Below, piece by piece: positions 43,045-54,275 of a stretch of DNA of 64,000 bases. Positions within the stretch are counted from its first letter, which is position 1, and every line of letters starts with the position of its first letter. A program made the position numbers and the translations under genes. The notes under the pieces were generated by a model that was given only the letters and a program-made list of their open reading frames with translations, made no database searches and had not been told where the DNA came from. This stretch comes from Hydrolagus colliei. Taxonomy: Eukaryota. The stretch lies in assembly GCA_035084275.1 (NCBI GenBank), contig CM068748.1:7874001-7938000 (forward strand), read 5' to 3'.

Positions 43045-43540
43045 GGTTTAGATAGCCGTAAGTAGGAACCCAGTTGTTAGTGGATTTGTGGATCGCTTTT
43101 CTAGTGTTAATAATCCCTTAAAAAAATTATTTAAGAAAAATATGGTCACTCAATTCATGACTGTTTGTGGGAGACTGCTGTGTACAATTAGCTGCCGAGT
43201 TTAGCCCACAAAGTATACAGTCAATTCACTTCACAATATCAAAAACACAAAATACTGCAGATGCTGTAAATCTGAAACAAAAACAGAAGTCCCTGGGAAC
43301 ACTCAGCAGGTCAGGCAGCATCTATGCAGAAAGGAAAAGTAAGTAAACGTTTCGGATCCATGACCCTTCGTCAGAACACAAACAGTTTTGACGAAGGGTC
43401 ATGGATCCGAAATGTTGACTTACTTTTCCTTTCTCCATAGATGCTGCCTGACCTGCTGAGTGTTCCCAGGGACTTCTGTTTTTGTTTCACTTTACAATAT
43501 ATTCTGTGAAGCGCTTTGAGATGTCTCCAAGACATGATAA
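43045..43540 (+). mobile_element. SINE variant interrupted by the palindromic insertion
   Basis: Body stops at 43239 and resumes at about 43490 with ATTCTGTGAAGCGCTTTGAGATG. Confidence 0.75.
43240..43489. mobile_element. Palindromic hammerhead-bearing repeat inserted in a SINE
   Basis: Arms 43273-43377 and 43385-43489; flanking near-duplication TTCACTTYACAATAT. Confidence 0.8.
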
Positions 43541-43692
43541 GGAGGACGTCCCAAGGTGCCCAAGAACACACAAATTACACAAATGATGTGGGAAGAAACA
43601 TGCTAGTGTAATGTGTGTTTATTCAGTGCCTTGGGACATCGTCCTGACGTGAAAGGCGTTATATACAGAAGTGTAATTTTGTTGTTGTTGTT
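43540..43692 (+). mobile_element. Self-complementary short element with L2 tail
   Basis: Arms 43540-43580 and 43606-43645; (GTT)n tail. Confidence 0.7.
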
Positions 43693-44438
43693 ATTAGACT
43701 GCAGAGTTAATTTCTTTTATAAGCAGACTGAAAATAGGCACAGAGAATGACAATTTTTACTTCTGTAAGTTTACGAGTAATGTCACAGATTGATTGAGTA
43801 ATGTCATCCATTAAAAAAATTATTTCCAACTGAAACAACAGTACAACTCTTAAGTGAAATGTAATGAGCATCCAATCTTGTTTCACCTGAAACAGATCAT
43901 TGCTTGCTCAATATATCATCGGATTCTGGTTTAAACAGCAGCCTTACATTATGTTTCCTCTATAAAATTGGAACTCACACTGCAGCTCCCAGACACTGGC
44001 AGACATTTATTGAGCTCTTTTTGACACTAATGAATCAAGCCCTCAAGTTCATCTCATTTTTGTTACACCAGATTTGTGAAAAAGTGATAACGAACATGAC
44101 AAAGATCGTGCTAAAAAAAAATTTAAACCAGGTATTTCAATTATAAAAAATTGAAAGACAAGGAAAACTAACTGATGGTCAACTAATTTTACATATCTGG
44201 AGAAACGATCTCAAGAGACAATAAATGTAATGCTGCAGAAGAAAATTGCATTTATCCAGCATATTTCACATCTGGGCTGTGCCATATTATCCTTCATTAT
44301 GCACCTGCCTCGCTCTTTGTTTAATATCTATAAAGTACATTAACAACTCTAGTTAAGATTGGCTTTCATAAATAAAATACAAGTCAAAGGGTTCCTAGTT
44401 TAGACATTGTGTTGCAATCATAATTATCAACTATGTCT

Positions 44439-44600
44439 AACAACAACAACAAAATTACACTTGTTTTGCGCCTTTCACATCAGGATGATGTCCCAAGGCA
44501 CTGAATAACACACAAATTACACTAGCATGTTTCTTCCCACAGCCTGTGTGTAATATGTGTGTTATTGAGCACCTTGGGGGGGGGAGGGTCCTCCTGACAT
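44439..44600 (-). mobile_element. Second copy of the self-complementary L2-tailed element
   Basis: Same loop TGTGGGAAGAAACATGCTA and same arms. Confidence 0.7.
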
Positions 44601-46232
44601 GTTTATTAATAAAGTAAAAAGTTAAATTTGAAGAAAAAAGCACTCCCGGAAGCACATGGTCAAAATAAGCAATTTTACCATTGTGTTTTCTTGAGATGTT
44701 GTCATCCATCTTATTCCAAAAAGATGCATTCACCAGCTACACTTATACTAATCATCTTAATGCCAGTCAATCCTGTTAAAGACAACTTAAATTTTGGAAT
44801 ACATTTACTCATCAGAAGTTTATGGTTACAAATTGAAAGCATGCTTACGGTAGCGATTGGCTTTTGAGCCAACTGTGAAACACTACAATAAAACCAAACT
44901 ACATAAGAAACAACCTAGGCATAACTATGATTGAAGCTGGCAGACCATTTTCCTGTTCGGCAAATCTCTGAATGCTTTATCAATACATAATTTAATTGGA
45001 TTAACTAAAGAACAGAGGTGAAATGTCATATAAAGATACACTGCTGCAGAACAGAATCCAATGAAACCATTATAGCTTGCTGATTTGAAGCTCCATCATT
45101 GATTATTACTGAACATGAAAAGATCAAATCTTTAAGCCAGTTTAAGGCCCTTTTATGCTGTATAGCCTCACATGAAATACAGCCAAAGCAGTGACATAAC
45201 AGCACTGACAAAACAATTCCACAATACAGGCCCCAGTAGAACATACACTGTGAATTGGATATTAATTTTTGAGGGATACATTATAAAATAAATGTATTGA
45301 AATTAGGAACCCATCTTCTCACTGCTCCAAGCCCATTCCTGCACTCTGAAAATTACACATTAGATCACAAAAGTAACCAGGCTTCATATCTCCTGCCAAA
45401 TTGCTTCTCCTCTCCTTAAGACACCAGAGATCAGAATTCAGCGATACGAGAATTACAAGTCAAAGTCTGCATCCCACCACTCTGCAGCAACTCACAACCC
45501 ACTTCAACAGCACAGCAGGATCTCGATGTCAAGATAAAAAATTCTTATAACTGTGGTATCATTTTGATTTCCAATGTATGATATTTCCCAAACACAGAAT
45601 GATTCTTAATTGGTGTCACTCACTTGTGCATTGCTCATTGCAGTTCCAGCTTCACCTTACAAAAAATTACATTTTATATATGCTTGAAAACTGCACGTGA
45701 TACTTGATTTCCTGACTAGTGCCAACCATAGTAACTATTAGCAAAAGTAAGCATCAAATAAATGTATACATCATATGAAAGAATGTCTATATGTGTGACA
45801 TTATTGTATTTATAAACAAAGAGAAAATTGAAAAAATGGGCAATGGTAGAAGTAGCATCTGTCGAGAGTAAAATGGTTCTGCTGAAAATGTCTCAAAGCA
45901 AGTTGCATCAATTTTGTTTTTAATGGGGTGTTTTGGACATCAGCTCTGGCTGCTTTGGGACTGTTTTGCAGATAGCAAGGATGTCCAAAGTAAAATGCTC
46001 CATTTTCCAGGCAGCACAAAATTTCAAGTGATGACATTTTGTTCTAAAAATATTTCTGATTCTGCATCTGTACATAATATTAAGGCAATTTCAACTTTTT
46101 TGTGCACTTGTGTATACATCTATTATAGTATATTAGGGGTACATGACTGAAAGTAAAGTCAGAGCTACAATTCTTGTGTTGGGGCCTCTCAGCCAACATT
46201 CCTGAATCATTTCAAACCCTACCCAGCGGGTT

Positions 46233-46530
46233 GTGGAGTCCCGTAGCTCAGTGGTTAGAGCATTTGCCTCGCAAATGATCTGGGTTTGATTTCCAGCAGG
46301 GCAAAACCTTGCACAAATTTTCTTAAATTGCCTGATAATAATCCCTCAAAAAATACCAACAATAAATTGATCACTTTAATTTGCGACTGTTTGTGGAACA
46401 CTACAGTGCGGAATTGGCTGCCATGCTTCTCCCACAAATATACAGTCATTTCACTTTTCACTGAAGCTCTTTGAGATGCCGAGAAGACGTGTAAAGCACT
46501 ATATTATATGCAAGAATTATTATTATTATT
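46233..46530 (+). mobile_element. tRNA-derived SINE, near full length
   Basis: A box TAGCTCAGTGG, B-box-like GGTTTGATTTCC, body TTTGTGG...AATTGGCTGCC, (ATT)n tail. Confidence 0.85.
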
Positions 46531-48029
46531 TATTGAGAGGAAAAAATACATGAAAATTGCATTTAGTATATTCTTTGCTCGCTTTCTTCATTAGATTTCT
46601 AAAAGAACTGCCTGGCTGTTCATTGTATAGTTTCACTAGATACTTTTTTTAAAAAAAAATCTGTTTTGAAATGTCCCTTTCAGCTGAAGTTAACACTTTA
46701 GAATGTTTCAAACACTCACCAAAATGAAACCCGTTAGTGAACTAAATACTTTCTCCTTCCTGGCATTATTTAGAAATGAATGGCCATTAATACCCACAAT
46801 ATAAAGAAATATCAAGCATACACAGTACTGCATAGTGCTGCATTTATAAATCAGCAAGCAAAAAAGTGGCAAGAGTACTACTTCTAGAGGCACCGACCAC
46901 CTATTCATGGGCGTGTTTTCTTCCTGCCAAACAAGACTAATTGCCATTCAATGTTGTTGGACAAGCCATTGTTTTGTTTCTGGCTATGGGCAGTGAATGC
47001 CCATTCAAGTTGGTATTACAGTTTTTACTTCACTGGTCTCGACAGGGTCAATAACCATAAAATTGTTTAATTTAGGAGTTTGAAATATGGAATTTGCTTG
47101 CTGCCATTTGATGTAAATCTGGTCTGCAATTTAAATGATAGAGTCCCACATATATAGCAGCCACTGATGCAACAAATATTTATATTTGAAGCAAATAAAT
47201 CACTGTAATATAGTTAAACACCTGACGGTTTGCACCACCCTTAAACGTTTGTTCTCCAAAGGCCAGTTATTACTTCATTTATATCCGTATGCCATTCCTG
47301 TTGCTGTGGAAAACACCCATTTATATTACAGGGCAATTTCTATCACAGCTGGATCCACTTTTCAACCTTGCACATGCACATTTTTTTTAAAAAGTCACAA
47401 ACAGAAGTTTCATTGGGCAATACCTTCCACAATGGAGGCCAATAAACCACTTCACATGCTGGTACAGCAAGGCTGGTATTGCTTCAACAACTCAAGACTC
47501 CCTTCAGCATTTAAAAAAAACACATGCCTTTGCCTCCAGCAGCAGCATATTTATGGGCACACATTTCAGGTGGTGATGCCATGGAAGGTGCTAAAAACTG
47601 TCATTCTTGATATTGCTCATTTGACTCTGGAGATTGCCTTGATGGTAATCACCAATAATAAAATGTGCTACCACAGCAAGATTGATGTTCTAATTCATCC
47701 CGTTAAACGGCAACATTCTCAAAAAAATCATATTACTATTCTTCTTTTCTACAAGAATTGGAGTGTCATAATTCCACAGTAAACCTGCTGGTTCGAATTC
47801 TTTATCATTAATCAATAACCTCAAAAGCCTGGGCTATAATTCCCCAACTACCGGACTACACCTTCACAAGTGTCAGAAAACCTCTTCATATGGTTTTAGG
47901 AATAGCAATGGCAACGAACAAGTTGATATGTAAAACATCAAGAGTGAAGTGCAATTCTGTTCTAACACAAACATCTTTAAATTTGATGTAGATCCTGAAA
48001 TGTTGCAATGTCTCATTACGCTTCACGAT

Positions 48030-48480
48030 AATCACTTATAAAGCGAAGTGACTGCATATTTGTCAACAAACGTGACAGGCATTTTTCACATAAGCAACCA
48101 TGAAGTGAATGATCAATTCATCTAGAGGATTGTTGGCCAGAATAGCAAAACTACCTTTTATTTTTGAATAGCATTATAGATACTTAATGGCCACTGGAAA
48201 GGCAGACAGGACCTCTGATTGACATATTTTACCCACAAATATAGTCAATTCATTTTACAGGATATTCTGTGAAACGCTTTGATACGTCTAGAAGACGTGA
48301 AAAGTGCTATATCAAATGCAAGGATCATTATTATTTATCTATTATCTCATCTAACGTTTCTGTCAATGCAATACTCCCAAGTACTCCACTGGAGGAATCG
48401 ACTGGGAGCTCAAGGTCACAAAGTGGGTGCTTGACCCATAATTTTCTGACCCTGAAGCAAGAAGCTTGTACTAAGCCAAG
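48030..48480 (-). mobile_element. DeuSINE-like element with a nested plus-strand SINE tail (about 48235-48335)
   Basis: Degenerate head near 48430-48478, core near 48130-48225. Confidence 0.5.
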
Positions 48481-51400
48481 ATCACATTACCAACTGATAC
48501 CAATTAAGAAAAGGATCGCCATCTGAATCTTGACAATTGTACCCTGAAATCAGTTATGAAATTGCTACAAGCCACGCACTTAAACCCATCTAGCTAGACG
48601 AATGGTGGCAAGAAATCCAGTCTGGCAAGCCAGAATTTCCCGCTTGGTGTTTAATTGTTTGAGGCCTGCAAGCAGAAGACAGTGAATAAGCTATTTTCTG
48701 TTCATAAGATTTAAACAATCTGAGTCAACATATCTGGCCTCCGTGAAGACAAACAACGAACTAAAAGAGGCCTATATATAAAATTCTTGGGGTTTTGGGA
48801 CGTTCTGGCTGTTTGAATTCTGGAAACCTGTTGTCCAGTAAGCTGAGGCTTTATTGTATCCTCAAACCTCAAATATTGAGTTCATTCTAACTACAGAAGG
48901 CAGCAACCCATTGCAGTGGCAGACAGACCGACCTCCACCCACACTATAAGGGGTGAATCATCATGAAAAACAGCCCAATCTAAAACAATACAGCAGGAGT
49001 CATATATCAATCCATCGAACCAAAAAAAATCTCAAAACAGTAAAAAGTTAGCCAAAATAAAGTCATTGTATTTGATATGCTGTCTTTCACACTGGGAATA
49101 TGTCTCAAAGTATTTCACAGGATTCGGCGACTCTATATTTTTGTAGTTGAATACGACAGCAATGTCCCACAAACAGACACAAAATTAATGACCTATCTTA
49201 TCTGGGAAATTGTTAGCCTGGACAGGAAGATACTTTCTTCTTTCAATTTGTGGTGTGTAACTTTAACATCAGCAATGTCCAGTATAATTATATAATTACT
49301 ATAAAATGCAAACTTTACAATGTATGTACTACAGCAACTAAAGAACTTACCTAAAATTAAAATACTCTAAATATGAAAATTTTCAATTTCAGACTGGTAA
49401 TGCTTAAATTACCCAGTAATATTTTTACTTTAATTAAAAACAACCATGCACAGATTGCAACATATACTTGTAATATTATTCGGTATATTTATGGATTAGC
49501 AATCTGGAGCACATTCCAAAACAGTAACATATCTCAGTTTAGAAGATGTTGAGAAGACTGCATAAGCTTTGTTTGGTTTGCAATATTTAACTTTTTAAAC
49601 CCCTTCTGTTATTACCTTCCAAAATATCCACATACCATAGAACGAATATTATACACAAATACATCCACTATATTATACGGTTTGTGCAGAACATACAGAT
49701 TGGAGTAATATGACAGAAAAAGAGACTAAAACAAAAACAAATCACCATAAACATAGCTGAACCCCTCAACATATCAGTCTACAAAACAAAAAGATAACGT
49801 ATTTTATTCCTTCATTTACAGGTGGATTTTGTGAGTTTATTCTATTTCTACAGTATTGAGTTCCACAATGCTCCTCAAAGAGGGACCTGATCTACAACTG
49901 AAATGCTGCTACACTGCAGTTTAAATGAGGCAAGTGTTTTAGTTTACAGTATATTAATAAAATATAGCTAAGTCTGTATATAAATATATATATACACACA
50001 CACAGAGACAAACCTAGTATATCTACAGGGCATTCCTACTTATAAACATTTATGAGACAAGTTAATCCCTTGGCATTTGCAATGCTTTCTACACAACTCA
50101 TTGCTGTTCCCACAGTCAATCTGAATCATCAACACTACCAATTTCCAGATCACTTTTAACCCAGACACTACTATTTTTAATCCAATCATAATGTCAAATA
50201 CCATGAAGAACAAGTCATACAAAGCAACATGCTGAAATATAATTAGGAATTAATATTCAAAAGCTTTGATCATAAAACATGTAAAAATCTGTATTGCTGA
50301 ACAGTACTCACAACATTGAACAACAAAATGCCTTACAACCAGCCCAAAGATCTATCTTATTGCCAGTTACTACTGGGAACAATCTTAAAAGATTAACCAA
50401 AACAATGCACAATGAAAACCGAGCAGTCACAAAACACGATAAGCATTGCACTGAAGGCAAACTAAGATGCCTTGTCTAATATGGTGTTAAATTTTATGCT
50501 AGCCATACAGAAAGTATAAAAACCATGTTACAACAACAACAAAATTACACTAGTAAAGCGCCTTTCATGTCAGATGGATGTCCCAAGGCGCTGGAGTCTG
50601 TTTCACACATTGTTTCAAAATGTTACATTGTGTGATCCTCAAACCATGCATTACCATTCAGAAATTAAAAAGCTCCACATTGTCACACTTACTTCATTTA
50701 GAGAATTCAAGTTAGCATTTCACAATACTGTATCTAAATTTAGTCAGGCAAAATGTGAACCTGGAACATTTAAGTTATAAAACTGATAAAACTCTGCAAA
50801 AAATACAAGTCTATATTAATCAAATATGTACCTACACAAATGAACCTACCTACCTCTTGTCACAATTGAATAATTAAATAAAAGTACTAATTTGAATGAT
50901 GTACTGAGTCTGGACCAAAAAAGTGCAATTCAACACGATTGGGTATACCCAACGTTTGCTTACATGCATAGCAAGCATTCAAGCATGCACAGTTATTACT
51001 TTGACCCTTGACAGGTTTCCATTTTTTAAAATAACCCATTTCCAAGGATTCCTAAAACAGAATACAGTAACCCAATGTGAAATGTAGCTATTTCTAATAA
51101 GATGGACTTTTTTTGTGACTAATAACGCACACAGGGTTAAAAAATTACAGTAACATGAACAAGTTTACACAGCAGGGTTTGTAAATGTCAACTGGTGGTC
51201 ATGGCACCACTTCCATAACCTGCTTATTGCAGTATTTTTCTTGATATTTCCCTACTGTCAAACACTGAACGTGAAACAAACTTCAAAGGCTCAATAGTTT
51301 CCAAAGCAGGCAAAGACCGACACGATATATTTTTTCACCCTTGAAATTAGAGCAGAATATTAAATTGCTGTAATGTGAAAAGCAATTCCTAAAGTCAGAG

Positions 51401-52157
51401 CATTAGCTATCTACTAGTGATTATGATCTGTGGTCTGACCTGTGCTGTACCAGTTACGATCCACACACCATTTCATCATGCAGAACAATCACGAATTGAA
51501 AATAAAAACATTTGTCCATCACTAGGTGATAACAACACTGAATACAATTAAAATTACTTTTGCAACATTGTTTTAAAAAAAACTAAAATAAGACCTCGAT
51601 CTCCCACTAAAGTAGTAAATACCTTAAAGAAAGAAATCCTCACATGAAAAAATAAGAGAAATATCTTGAGAGGTCCAGAAGATGTGAAAAGCGGTACATC
51701 AAATGGAAGAATTATTATTAATAATAATTACAAATGAAACACTGTCACTTAAGTTCCTCCAAACACCATTTCACGTCATGACTATCTCCAAATATTTGAC
51801 ATCTAACCTCATCCTTTCCCATCTAGGCCAATACCTAATCACACATTAAGTATATTCGACCACTGCAGAGACAACGCAAGGCATGTCAAGATCTGCACAA
51901 TCGTTGTTTCAGTACAACAATGCAATGCATAATGACATTACAAATATAATTTACAAAACCAAGTTAAATTCCTACGCCACATTTCTAATTTGGGTTTCTA
52001 TTAAAAAAAATTCAAGTCAATCTCAGATGTTCTTCTGCAGCCCTAATGACCAAGTCAAAAAAATGTTAATATAATAACCTTGAAATTGTGCAAATCCCAG
52101 TTTTTAAAAAGGGAGGAACCACATCTTATTTCACCCTCCACTCCCCTCCCACCGCTA

Positions 52158-52478
<321 letters not shown>

Positions 52479-52544
52479 TCACACCTCCTTCAGTCAGCTC
52501 CGTCAATAATCTCTGCGGCGGTGGGGGATGCTTTTTGGAGGCCT

Positions 52545-52610
52545 TTATATACGTGTGTGTGTGTGTATGTGTATATATATATGTAAAATATATATAAATA
52601 AAATCACCAT
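52545..52610 (-). promoter_or_regulatory. 21-aa uORF (MVILFIYILHIYIHIHTHTRI*) spanning a TA/CA microsatellite
   Basis: ATG at 52610, TAA at 52545-52547. Confidence 0.55.
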
Positions 52611-53237
52611 GGGAGAACAGTAGGTGAGAATGATCCAAATTGCGTGGTGAGGCCGCCACAATCACAGGCTCCGTCTCCGATTCCTCGTCCTCCGCCACCG
52701 CTGCCGCCGGGTCGGGGGAGGAGGAGGAAGGGGAAGAGAGAGGGTGGTGTTGGGGGTGGGGGGAAGGAAAGGGGAAAAAGGAAAAAAAAGGGGGAAAAAA
52801 ATCTTCGTCCGTGATTCAAACAGGTATAAAACTGAGACTTTTTTTATATTTATCTATAAAAAGTTTATTTTTCGGGGGGGAGGGGATAAAAAAAAACCCG
52901 GCTCCGGGGCTCCCTTTTCTCACCGAGTCAGTGAGTGAGTGAGTCTTCGTTCGTGCAGCAAACACAGAATTAATCCACGCTCCCGAATCCAGGCTCTTCT
53001 TCCTCTTTACAGCCAAATAATAAAAAGGGGGACTAGATGGAGCTCTTTCTGGGGGTTGGAAGAGCAGAAAGGGGGTGTGTGAGGGGGGGGATAGATGATG
53101 CTTGTTCGCTCGCTCCCTCACCCGCCTTCCTGCCTGCCCACCCGCTCCCTCACTCGCTCTGGGTCTGGATCCGGCTCCAGCTCCAGCTGCGGCCCGGGTC
53201 CCGACTCCAGCCCCGGCTCCGGCCGCCGCTCCGATTC

Positions 53238-53252
53238 TCAAACTTCCATCAT
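53238..53252 (-). promoter_or_regulatory. uORF ATG ATG GAA GTT TGA (MMEV*)
   Basis: Read directly; GCC-ATG context; 918 nt upstream of the PTEN ATG. Confidence 0.8.
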
Positions 53253-53459
53253 GGCTTCCCGGGAAAAGACAGCGCAGCGCTGGGGCACCGTAACCTTCCG
53301 CCAGTGCAAGAAAGCGCTCTCCCCCTCTCAACAAACCTCCTTCCCCTCAGATTAAGTCCACACAGCCGCCGCTCTCTTGCTTTTGAAGCAAGTTTTCTGT
53401 CTCGGCGAAGGTGTTTCTTTTAAGTGTGTTGTTAAAAAATGAGATATTACAACACTGGT

Positions 53460-53540
53460 TGCAGTGGTTATCCGGCGGCGGAGTGACGCGCTGCTGACAG
53501 TGCGGCGCTACTTTTGGATCCCGGGCGGGTCACGTGATAT
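53460..53540. promoter_or_regulatory. PTEN promoter candidate: GC box, E-box GTCACGTGA, CRE-like half site
   Basis: GGGCGG 53523-53528, CACGTG 53531-53536, TGACGC near 53484; CpG-rich. Confidence 0.6.
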
Positions 53541-54275
53541 CCAGCTCAGCCCAGACTCAAAATCCTAACCCTAACCTCATCCCAGAGCCCAGCTCACCTC
53601 CATCCCAGAGCCCGGCTCACTGCAGCCCAAAACCAGGCTCACCTCCAGCCCAGGCTCAAACCCAGCTCACCACAACCCGCCTCACCTCATCCCAGAGCCC
53701 GGCTCACCACCATCCCAGAGCCCGGCTCACCACCATCCCAGAGCCCGGTTCAAACTCGAACCTCATCTGGGCTCACCTCATATAAGAGCCTGGCTCAAAC
53801 TCGGCTCACCTCCTCCCAGAGGCTAGCTCATCCTATCTCGGCTCACCTCATCCCAGAGTCCAGCTCACCTCAGCACAGAGTCCGGCTCACCTCAGCTCTG
53901 AGGCAGACTGAAACCCTGTTCATCTCAGCCCTGTGCCCGGCTCAAACCCCATTCATCTCAGCCGAGGCAGGCTCCAACCCTACTAACCTCAGCCCCGAAC
54001 GAGGCTCAAACCTGACTCACTTCAGCCTTTAGCCAAGTTCAGATGCGAGCCCACCTTGCCAGAGCCCAGCTCAGCCCAGACTCACCTCAGCCTAGAACCC
54101 AGCTCCGTCCAGAGGCAGGCTCAAACGCTTCCCACCTTAGCAAATGAGCCAGGCTCAAACCAGATTCGTCTCAGGCCAGAGTCCAGCTCAGACCCGGCTA
54201 ACCTCAGCCCATACTCATCTCAACTCAGGCTCACCTCAGACCTCAGCTCAATCCCCAGCTCATCCCAACCCAAAC
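53540..54275. repeat. Degenerate minisatellite, about 22-23 bp unit CCCAGAGCCCGGCTCACC(T/AC)CAT
   Basis: Exact 23-mer repeated at 53691-53713 and 53714-53736; degenerate copies across about 730 bp. Confidence 0.85.

Noticed and set aside
46233-46310. tRNA-like sequences (also about 10755, 22203, 57655-57726, 59390)
   Set aside because: They are SINE heads continuing into SINE bodies; no complete cloverleaf
47186-47782. Longest ORF in the track (198 aa, plus strand)
   Set aside because: Antisense within PTEN intron 1, non-ATG start, no recognisable domain or splice pattern
52929-52945. Tandem plus-strand GTGAGT donors suggesting a spliced antisense PTEN transcript or a U11/U12-type splicing enhancer
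   Set aside because: Explained by a (GAGT)n simple repeat; no other support
53037-53423. 128-aa plus-strand ORF as a possible KLLN orthologue
   Set aside because: No similarity I can recognise; open frames are expected in GC-rich CpG islands
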